Shown here piece by piece: positions 1 through 11,464 of a stretch of DNA of 64,000 nucleotides (the first letter of the stretch is position 1; each line of letters begins with the position of its first letter). This stretch comes from Podarcis cretensis. Its lineage: Eukaryota. Location of the stretch: contig OX638160.1 in assembly GCA_951804945.1 (NCBI GenBank), positions 46,004,001 to 46,068,000 of the forward strand. Direction: 5' to 3'. Made by a program: the position numbers and the translations under genes. Under the pieces are notes generated by a model. It made no database searches, was not told the origin of the DNA, and was given only the letters and a program-made list of their open reading frames with translations.

Positions 1-480
1 CCCCCCCCCTTCCCCGCACTCACCCTTCGCCGGCCGACTCCGGGCTCTCGTCTTCGGCCATGGCGTCGCGGAGGCTGCGTCCGGGAACCGGTCCGGGGTT
101 AGCAGCAGCCGGGAGCGCGCCGACTGACAGAACGACGGCCGCGGCGGCGGCGGCCATCACGGGACCCGCCCGACGGGCCGTCGTCGCGTCAGCGCGTCGG
201 CCCCGCCCTCCGCTCCGCCCGGCCATAGAGAGCGCGGCGGCCGGAGCGGCGGGGTGGACGCTCCCTTCGCGCCTGCGCACTCACTCTCTGGGCGGAGAGT
301 TCGGGGCTGTTGCCTTTCGCGGTTGCTGGATGGGGGCCGCTTGCTCCCGGTTACACAACCTGGTGGGGGTCTCCGCGGGGGTGGGGGGCGTGGAAAGGCG
401 GCCCTTGGCAAGCGCCACCCGCCCTGGAGCCGGTGTTGCGCTGCCGCCCGCGGGCTGCCTTTGCCCCGCTATGTAAAGTT
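1..480. promoter_or_regulatory. CpG island / ABHD5 promoter
   Basis: Very GC- and CpG-rich against an AT-rich background; GC box CCCCGCCC 201-208; NRF1-like GCGCCTGCGCA 269-279. Confidence 0.85.
24..61 (-). CDS. ABHD5: First coding exon of abhydrolase domain-containing 5 (CGI-58); rest of gene lies left of the window
   Basis: Minus strand reads gacgccATGGCC (strong Kozak), MAEDESPESAGE plus 2 nt, then GTGAGT donor at 23-18. The short acidic phase-2 exon resembles human ABHD5 exon 1 (MAAEEEEVDSADTGE-R, phase 2), and ABHD5 is the known head-to-head neighbour of ANO10. Only 38 nt, so the call relies on synteny. Confidence 0.8.
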
Positions 481-506
481 TGGAGTTTGCTCTGAATTGG
501 TTTTTC

Positions 507-1129
507 GGGGGTCAGGATTTACGCATAAGCTAAACAAGTTATAGCTTAGGGCCCCACTCTCTTGGGGGCCCCCAAGGGAAAAAAAAATCTGTATGTACAT
601 TTGCAAGATATTAGATAAAAAACAAACAAAATAATTGTTATGAATAAAGAATCATTTTAAGTTAATTATTTCACTATTAATAGACTTCTTAATTGTATTT
701 CAGTTCAACAATTACTTTGATAAAATACATATTTTGTTATGGGCAAATGGCTTTAGATATCTATTAGGTCCATAAATTACCACATAGCATACAGTGGTAC
801 CTCTGGATATGAACGGGATCTGTTCTGGAGCCCTGTTCACATCCTGAAGCAAACGCAATCCGTGTCTGTGCATGCGCGGTTTGCGATTCGCTGCTTCTGC
901 AAATGCGTGAGCGGCAAAACCCAGAAGTAACGTGTTCCGTTACTTCAGGGTCGCCGCGGAGAGCAACCCAAAAACGCTTAACCTGAAGCAACTTCAACCC
1001 GAGGTATGACTGTATAGTGAACACAAAAAACTGACAATTTGTTGTTTGTTGACAAAGGACAGCTGCACATGTAAAGGGCCCTATTACCTTCAGTAGCTTA
1101 GGGACTCATCAAACCTAAATCCGGCCCTG
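507..1129. mobile_element. Non-autonomous DNA transposon (hAT-like) interrupted by a MITE
   Basis: Imperfect inverted ends GGGGTCAGGATTTA ... TAAATCCGGCCCTG; internal TTAGGG motifs repeated near both ends. Confidence 0.5.
792..1012. mobile_element. Tc1/mariner-type (Tigger-like) MITE, family B
   Basis: TA|CAGTGGTACCTC ... GAGGTATGACTG|TA; similar copy at 9613-9872. Confidence 0.85.
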
Positions 1130-2719
1130 CTTCAGGCATTTGTTCTTTGTGCTCCCAGTGTGGAAGCTGAACGTGGGACTGACTTCCACGCAACTTACTC
1201 AGGCTTGCGCTTTCACCGCTGGGGTCACTGCCTCTTTTGTGGACGCTGCGCTGCTAAACAACTGGGCAGAGGTTGAGTGTGTTTGTTTTTGTTTTGTGGG
1301 GAGAAAAAAAAAATAGAATTGTGGAGTTGGAATGGTCATCTTTTTACCTTTACCATCTAGTCCAATCCCCTGCAATGCACAAACCTTTTTGCCCAACATT
1401 TGGCTCCAACCCTTGACCCCTAAGGCAGACCTTTCCAAACTTTTTCACGTTGGTGACACGCTTTTTAGATCTGCATCATTTCGCAACGCAGTCATTCAGT
1501 TTTACTAGCAAACCAGAGGTTAAGCGAACCCCTTTCTGCCCTTCCGCGCGACATATGTACACACTGCAGCTGACACTGATGTGTCACGACACACAGCTTG
1601 GAAAGCTCTGCCTTGAAATTAAGAGTCTCCTGCTCTATTGACTGAGGAAGTTCATTTGGTGATCTTAATCCGGCCACACTGTTTTCCTGCTTGATGGGGT
1701 TGCCAGCTTGTTTTAAAGGAGGGAAGCATGCCTGTTTCTCTGCATATGGAGAAAGGCAGGGGGATAAATACTGTAAACAGGTTATATAAAAAGCATTTTG
1801 GTTATGTCCTCCTTGGGGGTTCCTCATAAGCACCTGTTTGGCCCCTGAGAACAAGATGCTAGACAAGGTGGCCTTTTCAGCAGGCCTCCTGTTTCCTCAA
1901 AGCTGCTTCTGGCTGAGAAAAGTTTTGCACATTGAATTCTGCATTGGATGACTTTAAAGGGATTAGACAAATTCGTGGAAGAGAGGGCTATTGATGGCTA
2001 ATAGCCAAGGTGCCTATGCTCTACCTCCACAGCAATGCTTTCAAGTACCAGATTCTGGACGCCACAGGAGGGGAGCTCATGTTCTGCTTGCTACTTTCCC
2101 AACTAGGCATCTAGTTGATGGCTGCTATGAAAACAGGCTGCTAAGCCACTGGTCTGATCTGGAGTACTATTCTTATGTTCTGAATAACCTTTGTAATTAC
2201 TTTCGGAACAGCATACTGATACAAAAGTTAAGCTGATGTTGCAGCCATAAGGTCTATAAAGGTGTTGCCCAACTGCATTTTGGAGGGTTGTTTTTTCTTC
2301 CTTATGAACTACCTTTGCTTTTTATGGGGTAAAGAAATTAGATTGGGACTGTGAATCAGAGGCAAGATAACAGGTTAGAAAGAAAGAAAGATAATAAAGG
2401 AAGAAGTTTAGGCAATGCACCTTTATCCTACACTGGTTCTCCACACCCATCACAAATTAATTGTGATTGCCTTTAAGTGCTCAAGAGCCTTGCCTGTCTT
2501 CCTTGATTTCTTAATACTGTATATCAATCTGCCTATGACCTTCACAAAACCATTTTCAGCTACCCAAAGGTCTCTCGCCCACAAACAATTTCATTTTCGA
2601 TTACTGTCTGGAACTCTCACCCTGAACATAAGTGTGATATTGTTTCTATTCATTCAAATCTTTCTCCATGTAAAATGTGGGCTTTCCAGTCTTTGCATAC
2701 ACACCATACATTTGAAGTA

Positions 2720-2975
2720 CCGTATTTTTTGCTCTATAAGACTCACTTTTTCCCTTCTAAAAAGTAAAGGGAAATGTGTGTGCGTCTCATGGAGTGAATG
2801 CAGGCTGCACAGCTATCCCAGAAGCCAGAACAGCAAGAGGGATTACTGCTTTCACTGCACAGCGATCCCTCTTGCTGTTCTGGCTTCTGAGATTCAGAAT
2901 TTTTTTCTTGTTTTCCTCCTCCAAAAACTAGGTGCATCTTGTGGTCTGGTGCGTCTTATAGAGCGAAAAATACGG
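2720..2975. mobile_element. TA-flanked MITE with CCGTATTT terminal inverted repeats
   Basis: TA|CCGTATTTTTTGCTCTATAAGAC ... GTCTTATAGAGCGAAAAATACGG|TA. Confidence 0.85.
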
Positions 2976-3121
2976 TATATACCTTCCTAAAAATAATCCA
3001 GGAAACTGGATCCTGGAAGACCTGCCTGCAGGCCTTATTCTACCTAGCCTGGGAGGGCGGGACCCTGGCTGACTCCAGCTACAAAAGCTGAGGCTGCTGA
3101 AGAGGCCAGAGACCATCTTGG

Positions 3122-3543
3122 TGTCAGGAGTGTGTGCAGGAGCCAGGCCCTGTGACCTGTAGGGCTTCGCAGGACTGGGGCCTTCCTAAGTTGGTTCTGT
3201 AGAGGCAAGACGCAGCCGCACAGGTGAGGCCGCTTGGTAACTCACTGCACCTGGTGTCAGAAGTTGAGAAGGGATATAAGGTCAGCATTTCCCTTCGGCT
3301 CTTTGCCATAGCAACTCATTTCTTGCCTTGCTGCGTTTGGCTACTTGCTTCCTGATCATCGGACCTTTGACTTTGTGACTCCTTGCTTCTTGACCCTCGG
3401 ACCCCTTACTTCGTGACTCCCTGCTTCCTGACTCTCGGACCCCTGGCTTCTGGACTCTTGTTCCTGCTCCCACCCTGCCATCTTGCCCCCGGTCCCGATG
3501 TCCTCAGCTAGGACTTTGACCGCCCGCAAACTGGACCGTGACA
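3122..3543 (+). mobile_element. Solo LTR (Gypsy/ERV-type)
   Basis: TGTCA...TGACA termini, 5-bp TSD CTTGG (3117-3121 and 3544-3548), TATA-like GATATAAG near 3273, internal degenerate tandem repeats around 3345-3450. Confidence 0.85.
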
Positions 3544-3649
3544 CTTGGCTGTCTCTTAGTGCAGAGCCAGGTCATCAAGTCTCAGCTTCCACAGGTTCTG
3601 ACCACCATGAACCACCATTCATGTTGCTGGCAGCAACAACAGTGAATAT

Positions 3650-3783
3650 AGAATCAGAATTGTAGTGTTGGAAGGAACCCTGGGAATCATCCTAGTCCAA
3701 CTCCCTGCACTGCAGGAATATGCAATTCTCCTATACAGGGATCAAGACTGCAACCTTGGCATTATCAGCACAATGCTCTAACA
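3650..3783 (-). mobile_element. Old tRNA-headed SINE with CR1-like 3' tail
   Basis: Reverse strand resembles a tRNA-like head followed by ...TTCCAACACTACAATTCT; similar architecture at ~44600-44750. Confidence 0.5.
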
Positions 3784-4252
3784 CAGGGTTTCTCAACCTT
3801 TTTCTGACCACAGCCTCCTTTTGACCTTGTTTCCTTCCTGTGACCCCCCCCCTTGGGCATAGACAAGGGGGTGCAGGGAGGCAGCTGTCCCCCCAAATAA
3901 GTAAAAAGCAATACAAATCTGAGGTTCTACACCCACCCCCATCCTATCGGTAGAAAGGGAGCTATTTAAATGTTTTGTTTGCAAATAGAACATGTTTTAT
4001 TTATCATTTTTATAATTTATCCAAAAGACAATTGCATAAAATGATAGGAAAAGAAGGAGAAAAACAGAGAATCATGGAGCTGGAAGGGAACCCAAGAGTC
4101 ATCTTTCTAGTGAAACCCCATGCAATGTAAGAAACTCTAAAGCATTCATGACAGATGGCCATCCAACCTCTTCTTAGAAACCTCCAAGGAAGGAGAGTTC
4201 CGAAAGTAAACAACACTTATTTGACCCCAGTTATTTGACACAGAGAAGGAAA
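3784..4252 (+). repeat. Composite repeat, copy 1 (hAT-like end, small GC-rich element, CR1-like piece, tail)
   Basis: Co-linear similarity with 35542-36053, starting CAGGGTTTCTCAACCTTTTTCTGACC. Confidence 0.75.
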
Positions 4253-5046
4253 CCTCCTGTATAAAGCCTTAACTGCTCTGGATTGCAATACCTCAAGGAC
4301 TGCCTCTCCCTATGTCAGTGTTGAGTATAAATGTTGGTCTTTAGCAACATGTTATTGTGATACGGAACTATTGCCTAGTTCCTTCCATCCAAAATGCAGT
4401 TGTGCAACACCCCACATCATCTGCAAGGGTGGCAGAGAGAGTGCTTTACAACCCATTAGCCAATACTCAGCTATGTTAAATTCTGAGGATCTCCATTGTG
4501 AAAAAGGCCCAACCCAGCAAGAATATTCTTGTGGGCAATATTTATCGACCTGAACTGTGCACATGCCTTCGTCCTTTTTTATTACCCCACAGGCAGCTAG
4601 TGATATCCAGGGAATTGCAACACAACCATCCCCTGAGGCGGCAACAACAAATAGTGTCTCATCTCGTTTACATCATTTTAAAAGCATAAATGAAACTCTC
4701 AGCCATTTTGCATTTATTAGAGAAAGACGTTTCATAATGTGGCACCCTAAACACATTAACTAGGAAGGTTCATCTCAGAGATTTCCATGGGCACCTATTT
4801 TCCATTGTATCTTGTCAGAGTAGATCTACTGAAATTAAAGTACGTAATTACGCTTGTCTATCAATTTCAATGGGTGTATTCTGAGCCTATTGATTCCAAT
4901 TAGTCTATTCTTAGGACTAATATTGGCTACAGCCTATTCTATTTAGAATATCATGGTGTTGTTATTGTATTTAATTGACAATAGCTAGCTGATTAGACCA
5001 CACAACTTTTTGGCTTATGACTAAGGGCTCATGTTTAGGGAAGTTT

Positions 5047-5164
5047 TTAATGTTTTATCGCTTTATCATCATCATCATTATTATCATTATTAATATTCTG
5101 TTGGGAGCCGCCCAGAGTGGCTGCGGAAACCCAGCCAGATGGGCAGAGTATGTATGTATGTATA

Positions 5165-5227
<63 letters not shown>

Positions 5228-5250
5228 TAATAATAATAATAATATAATTC
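5047..5250 (+). mobile_element. 3' end of an L2-type LINE/SINE with long (AAT)n tail
   Basis: GGGAGCCGCCCAGAGTGGCTG..GAAACCCAGCCAGATGGGC motif then (AAT)n 5165-5248; same family at ~38525-38830, 47425-47572, 49960-50465, 50897-51160. Confidence 0.75.
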
Positions 5251-6789
5251 CCAGGGCCTGGGTGGACTATGTAAGAAATGATAGGATTTCATTTATTTGG
5301 GATATGAAGTGAAAATACAACTCCTGGCCAAGATCCTAAAAAAGGTAAAAATTTCAAAATAAGCTTAACAATTTTGCAAAAAAAAAAAAAAAAAAAAAAA
5401 AAAAGCAAATGGCAGCCATTGAGATCTGTTGCTACTGTTGCTGCAGGCAATTGGATCTGTTGCGCTATGGATCTTAACTGCCTGAAGCGGTCACCTCATC
5501 ATGCCTCATGGGTGGGCCGGCCCAAAATCATTATTCAGCACAGCATCTTGCACAACTTTCTGAGGAAGATAGCAACACAATAAAATTCAAATTACACTGG
5601 AACCATTATTTGCAAATTTATTCAAAATCCACTCTGAGTCAACCAAAGCGATGGGATTTGATCCAGCAATAACCAGCTTCCCAAAGCCCTATAGTCATTT
5701 ACACCTCCAGTGCCCCCTAGCTATGAACACTCCCCCAGGTAGACCCCCCACCTTGAGGGGTGCCAGGTGCTGCCCACTTTGGGGATCACTGAAAATATTT
5801 CCCCTCCGATACAATAAAAGGCTTTTAGAAATGGCTCCAAACTGCGTGAACTCAGAACTTTTGAATTCTGCAACATTAAGGCCTGTGTGTGTCCCCCCCC
5901 CCCCACAATAGAAGCCAACTCTTAGGGGCTGAGTTCTCTTTGCTCTCCCCCCAATAAAGTATTTGAGCCCCTGCCCCAAAAGTTGATGGGCATCGCCATT
6001 CAAAAAAAAGTGTGTTTTATGTCATTTGATTAATTATGTGGGGTGGGGCCTGCCGCCCCATATTTTATTCATCCCTGATCCCCACCCCTCGCTCCCAGTC
6101 CCAAGATCCAAGACCCTGCAAAAACCCACAAGGAAGACAAGAAGAAAGAAAAAAACAACAGAAATCAAAAGGATCAGAAAATTTTAAATAAAGAATGGGG
6201 AAAATTTACAATTTATTTTAAAAACCACTGTAAACAGTTAAAATTGCTATCATCATTTTTTATTTGTATACTGTCTTTACAATATTCAAGGCGGTTTACA
6301 AGCCGAAGAAACAAAAAATGTACGTCTTATAACAATCTAACGCAATAAAAATGTGATAATAAAACATAACTTTAAAATAGGCAACCTACATCAAAAAAGT
6401 AACATTCAATCATTATATAGTATAAAATAATATCAGCATACAAAAGTTAAACTGAAATCCACTCACCTGTTACAATAAATAATATCTAAACTATAATCAA
6501 TAAAACAATGGCAAGCCACAGTACATAAAACAAAATAATACACATTGAAAAGCATTGGATTGGAATAGCACTTGTAGCTTAATGGCGAATTTTGGACATA
6601 ATTGAGATGTAAAAGATTTGGATTATTATAAAAGATGCAGGAGGAAATGATTAATAAGAAGACCCACAAAGTGGAGGAGGCAAGTCCAGGAGATTCTATG
6701 GAATCTTGTCATTATGTTGTATATGTGATTGTAAAACTAAATTGGACAACTAAATAAATAATTTAAAAAAAGAAGAAAGAAAAAAGTCC

Positions 6790-7560
6790 GAAGGGACCAA
6801 CGGCGGAAGAACCCTTTCGGAAGAACTCTGCGCTCTTCGCAACTAGACCCGGAGTTGGGGGCGGGCCCAGTGACACGCAGCCCCGTCCTCGTGGCCCGAT
6901 CGGCTCCTCCCGTTGGCGGCTGTCCCCGCCTGTCTCCTCCTTCGCGGAGAGAAGAGGCCGCGGGTGAGTGAGTGTGTGAGGGCGGCCGGGGCCGGGCTAA
7001 AGGGGACGGGAGCCCCTTTTCTCTTTCAGTTCCCCTCAGAGCGAGGGGGAGGAGAGGCAGGAGGGGCTTGCGACCCCCCAAGCCGTTAAAAGGGCGGCGG
7101 CGGGGAGAGAAACCCGCGGCCGGGGAGTTATGTGGAGGCTTAGGATAAACATTTAAGGGGGAAAAAATTAAAATTAAATAAAATTTGTGTCAGGAAGATG
7201 AGGGGCGTCGCCCCCCTCCTTTTCGTCCCGTTTACACGAGCGCACACGCGTGTTTGGTGCCGCCCGGCCTCGCCTCTCGCCTGCTCTCCCTGCCCGAGAG
7301 CCATGAGGGGATGGCAAGCCGGGTAGCCGCGTCTGAGAGCCTCTCCTGAGCGACTCACTTTCCGACCCTGTGAAAAGAGCGGCTGCTCTTGGGTTGAGGT
7401 GTTTTATTTCCCCCCCGTTTCCCAGCTAAATCCCTAACGGGCGCTTCCTCCACAGGGACTAGCGCCTTGAGAAGTTCGCCTGTTTCCCGACGTTCCGGTT
7501 CTCGGGGCGTCACCCCAAATCCTGCTCCAGGCAGGGCTTTCTTTAATCGAAAGTAAACTG
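6790..7560. promoter_or_regulatory. CpG island / ANO10 promoter
   Basis: CpG-rich; ETS cores CGGAAG at 6804 and 6818; GC box GGGGGCGGG 6857-6865; lies upstream of the ATG exon. Confidence 0.8.
6870..6963 (+). other. ANO10: Probable non-coding exon 1 of ANO10 (5' boundary approximate)
   Basis: Strong donor CGG|GTGAGT at 6964 inside the CpG island; exon 2 carries only 11 nt of UTR, so an upstream exon is required. Confidence 0.65.
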
Positions 7561-7939
7561 GCATTCCCAAGCGCTCAGGAAAAAAACCACACCTTGTCAA
7601 AATCCCTACTTTTAGTTAAGTATTTTTATTTATTGACTTGATAGCTCGCTCTCTCACCCAGCCAGCCATGGTTTTTGTAGCGGAGCGAGGGGGAATTTCA
7701 GGGCAGTCCTGTCAAATGAATCAGCTTTTTTCGAGAGGGAAGTCAACTAACTGCAGAGGGAGAGACTTGGCATGTCAACACTGCAACGTTTATAATGAAA
7801 AATCACACACACACACCACAATTTTTTTTTAATGGCCAAGCCAAATCCCGAGGAAGATTTTCTGACTGAAAACTTCCCGTCAAACTGATGGTGAAGCAAA
7901 GTAGCAGTGGGAGGAGGAGGAGGGAGAACATGACTTTTG

Positions 7940-8868
7940 TTTTTTTTTTTTTAATAAAATGGTTATTAATTTCCAATTTTTAACAAAACTAAAACAACAT
8001 AAAAACAAACACAAAAAATCATAATTTCTTTACCTTATTTCCATAAACCTCTTTTCTCGGACTTCCCCATACCTTCCCCTTTTTGCATCCTTTATTTTAA
8101 CCATTGTTCAACAACCCTTTTTAGCCAATTAAATATAAATTCATTCTCCTTTTCAATTTCGCCTTAAACTAAACACAATTTACCGCTGCAATTCTACGTC
8201 TTCCTCTCCCTCAGCATTTTAGCACTCCTCAATTTTATAGTAACTCTTAAGATATATTTTAAACTTCTTCCAATCTTCTTCCACAGTCTCTTTCTCTTGG
8301 TCGCGGATTCTGCCAGTCATTTCTGCCAGTCCCATAAAGTCGATCACTTTCGCCTGCCATTCCTCCAGCGTGGGTAACTCTTGTGTCTTCCAATACTTTG
8401 CTAGGAGAATCCTTGCTGCTGTAGTAGCATACAAAAAGAAATTCTTATCCTTCTTCGGCACCAGCTGGCCGACCATACCCAAGAGAAATGCCTCTGGTTT
8501 CTTGTGAAAGGTGCATTTAAGTACTTTCTTAATCTCATTATAAATCATTTCCCAGAAGGCCTTAATCTTTGGGCAGGTCCACCAAAGGTGGAAGAAGGTA
8601 CCTCCAGTCTCTTTACATTTCCAACATTTGTTATTGGGCAAATGATAAATCTTCACAAGCTTGACTGGGGTCATGTACCACCTGTAAATCATTTTCATAA
8701 TGTTTTCTCGTAAGGCATTACATGCCGTGAATTTAATACCTGTGGTCCATAACTGCTCCCAGTCAGCAAACATAATGTCATGGCCTATGTCCTGTGCCCA
8801 TCTAATCATAGCTGGCTTCACTGTCTCATCTATTGTACTCCACTTCAACAGCAAGTTATACATTCTTG
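7940..8868 (-). mobile_element. 5'-truncated L1-clade LINE, young
   Basis: Uninterrupted ORF2 C-terminus (8219-8868) with CWKC...HLWWTC cysteine-rich motif, poly(A) at ~7940-7952, 18-bp TSD GGGAGAACATGACTTTTG (7922-7939 and 8869-8886). Confidence 0.92.
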
Positions 8869-9139
8869 GGGAGAACATGACTTTTGAAGCCACCGTAGAA
8901 TTATCTGTACAGAATTGGCCAAAAAATTATTTTATAGCCTTTAAAAGGCCGTGGCGGGGGGCCATTGTCATGAAGACAACTTGTAAATGAGTCGTTGAGA
9001 TGATGCAAATGGATAATTGGCGCACACATGTGAAAACTTTTTTTAAAAATGCTTACTGGATTTCCTCCAGAAAGGGTAGATCCCAATTGAATTGGGGCAG
9101 GGGGGAGACTAGCATTTTGATGGCAGTAATGTTATGTAG

Positions 9140-9490
9140 GAGGGACGGGGGTGGTACTGTAGGTTAAACCACAGAGCCTAGGATTTGCCGATCAGAAGGT
9201 CGGCAGTTCGAAGGCCCGCGACGGGGTGAGCACCCGTTGCTCGGTCCCTGCTCCTGCCAACCTAGCAGTTCGAAAGCACGTCAAAGTGCAAGTAGATAAA
9301 TAGGTACCACTCCAGGGGAAGGTAAACGGCATTTTCTTGCGCTGCTCTGGTTCGCCAGAAGCGGCTTAGTCATGCTGGCCACATGACCCGGAAGCTGTAC
9401 GCCGGCTCCCTCGGCCAGTAAAGCGAGATGAGCGCCACAACCCCAGAGTCGGCCACGACTGGACCTAATGGTCAGGGGTCCTTTTACCTT
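9140..9490 (+). mobile_element. Sauria SINE (POM-like), full length
   Basis: tRNA-like head with A/B-box-like motifs, ACCTTT tail, 13-bp TSD TAATGTTATGTAG (9127-9139 and 9491-9503). Confidence 0.92.
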
Positions 9491-9612
9491 TAATGTTATG
9501 TAGATGCTGCAAAATAATAATTGCATGCTGATTCTACAATAAGCATTCATCTGGAATAAGTGTACATCTGGAAGCGCCTTTTGTCTCAATGGCACCTTGA
9601 GGTATACATCTA

Positions 9613-9872
9613 CAGTGGTACCTCGGGATGTGAATGGGATCCGTTCTGGAGCCCCGTTTGCATCCCGAACAAAACATAAGACGCAACAGCTCGTCTGTGT
9701 GTGCGCGGGCCGCGTTTCGCCGCTTCCGCGCATGCGTGTGACGTGATTTTGACCGTCTGCGCATGTGCAAGCGGCGAAACCCGGAAGTAACGCTCTCCGT
9801 TACTTCCAGGTCGCCACAGAGTGCAACCTGAAAGCGCTCAACCTGAAGCATATTTATCCAGAGGTATGACTG
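9613..9872. mobile_element. Tc1/mariner-type MITE, family B
   Basis: TA|CAGTGGTACCTC ... GAGGTATGACTG|TA; homologous to 792-1012. Confidence 0.85.
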
Positions 9873-11311
9873 TAAATGAATCATATGAATGCCCTGGATA
9901 AACAGCTTTCAACCACATGTATATCTGAGAGGTACACCCGTCACTTTGCCTGTGCCTCCTTGGTGGAGTCTGACAGCTGTATACACATGCATTTTTCTGC
10001 CTCGGCAGTGTACACACTGGGAAGTATACACTGCCTAATTATCGGTTCCCATTTCAGGGACCAATATATCCATATATGATAGTAAGATCATGCAACAGCT
10101 TCTGCAACTCAACTCAAATAGGGAGATTTTTTTTCTATGTAAGGGGAAGGGTGTGGTGTGGCTCAGTGCATTTTTCTGCCTGATTTGGAGCAGCTGACTG
10201 CTCCCTAGCTCCCCTTATGGCGCATAATACTCAAGACCTGCAAGGTATTTTGACGCCTGAGGCAGAAAAGCTCACTTAACTGTACTATTTTGGGGCACCC
10301 GCTAAAAACATTATTGTTTCGACAAGCCTACCCAGATGCTTAGGAAGTTGAGGTAATTTTAATCTGTTTTAGTATTTTAACACTTGTATGTTTTAAAGTA
10401 TAGTAATTTTTTCTTGATTTTGTTTTATCTTTTTATAAACCACTTTGAGGTGGTTTTGTTTTGTGTTTGTTTTTTGCAAACAAGCAGTGTATAAATTTTA
10501 TGAAAACAAACAAATTCTTCCTATGATTAAAGGTTAACAATAGTACATTAAATACTCTGCTTTCACGGCGCCCAAAATCAGCCATCTTACTTTGAAGATG
10601 ACAATCGGCCTCTCTTAACTTGGCACAGCCTTAAATCATTATAAAAGCAGTCTTTTCTGAACCCTTATAGTGATGCGTTGCATCAAGAAAACACTTGTTC
10701 CAGCTGGGTTTTGAATGTTTTTGTATATAGAAGTTGTAGATAGAACTTAAATCTCCCTGGAATCCTTGTTCTCTAATTGTAACTGTGTACTTGACTCTAA
10801 TGTGTCCAAACATTTAAACTGCAGTCAACATAGCACTTACGTGGTGACACCACCTCCTTCGTTGCTTATCTGAACTTTCCCATGCAAATGAACGCTCACT
10901 TAGGAGGAAAATGGTAACTTGTCAAGACACTAGACTTGTATTATTTGCAAATCTAACTAAGGCGTTTGAAGCATCAAGGAGTGGCTCAATCTTGTTTGAC
11001 ATGAGTATAAATCACACAGTATCCTAATTTGGTAACTGGAATTATCAACAGATTGTTCCTAAATAATTTGAGAAGTGTTCCCTAGTTTTAGGATCATATG
11101 ATTTCTGATCATACAGTAGTATTAATATATCCTGAGAGAAGCTGGCTAGAGAGTCTCCATCTATTGTTATAGTATTGCTAATACAAGCTCTTACAATCAA
11201 ATTTAAATAATGTTCCAGTTACAGATAGGTAGCCGTGTTGGTCTGCCATAGTCAAAACAAAATAAAAAATTCCTTCCAGTAGCACCTTAAAGACCAACTA
11301 AGTTAGTTCTA

Positions 11312-11352
11312 GGTATGAGCTTTTGTGTGCATGCACACTTCTTCAGATACAC
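11312..11352 (-). ncRNA. Minimal type I hammerhead ribozyme motif (stem I intact, GAAA mutated to AAAA)
   Basis: Minus strand gtGTAT-CTGAAGA-A-GTGTGCATGCACAC-AAAA-GCTC-ATAC; GUAU pairs with AUAC. Confidence 0.65.
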
Positions 11353-11429
11353 TGAAACAGAAGTCACCAGACCCTTCTATATAGTGAGAAGGTGGGGAGG
11401 GGTATTACTCAGAAGGGTGGTGGGAATGG

Positions 11430-11464
11430 CTGAAGAAGTGTGCATGCACACGAAAGCTCATACC
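11430..11464 (+). ncRNA. Minimal type I hammerhead ribozyme motif (core intact, stem I 5' strand missing)
   Basis: CTGAAGA-A-GTGTGCATGCACAC (palindromic stem II)-GAAA-GCTC-ATACC. Confidence 0.7.

Noticed and set aside
60-544. Several plus-strand ORFs of 61-138 aa in the first CpG island
   Set aside because: Ala/Arg/Pro/Gly-rich open frames expected in GC-rich DNA; no recognisable homology or splice structure.
2415-2990. 191-aa ORF
   Set aside because: Runs through a MITE and AT-rich DNA; no domain-like features.
8219-8893. 224-aa ORF as a host gene
   Set aside because: It is the L1 ORF2 C-terminus; the listed start lies outside the TSD-bounded insertion.
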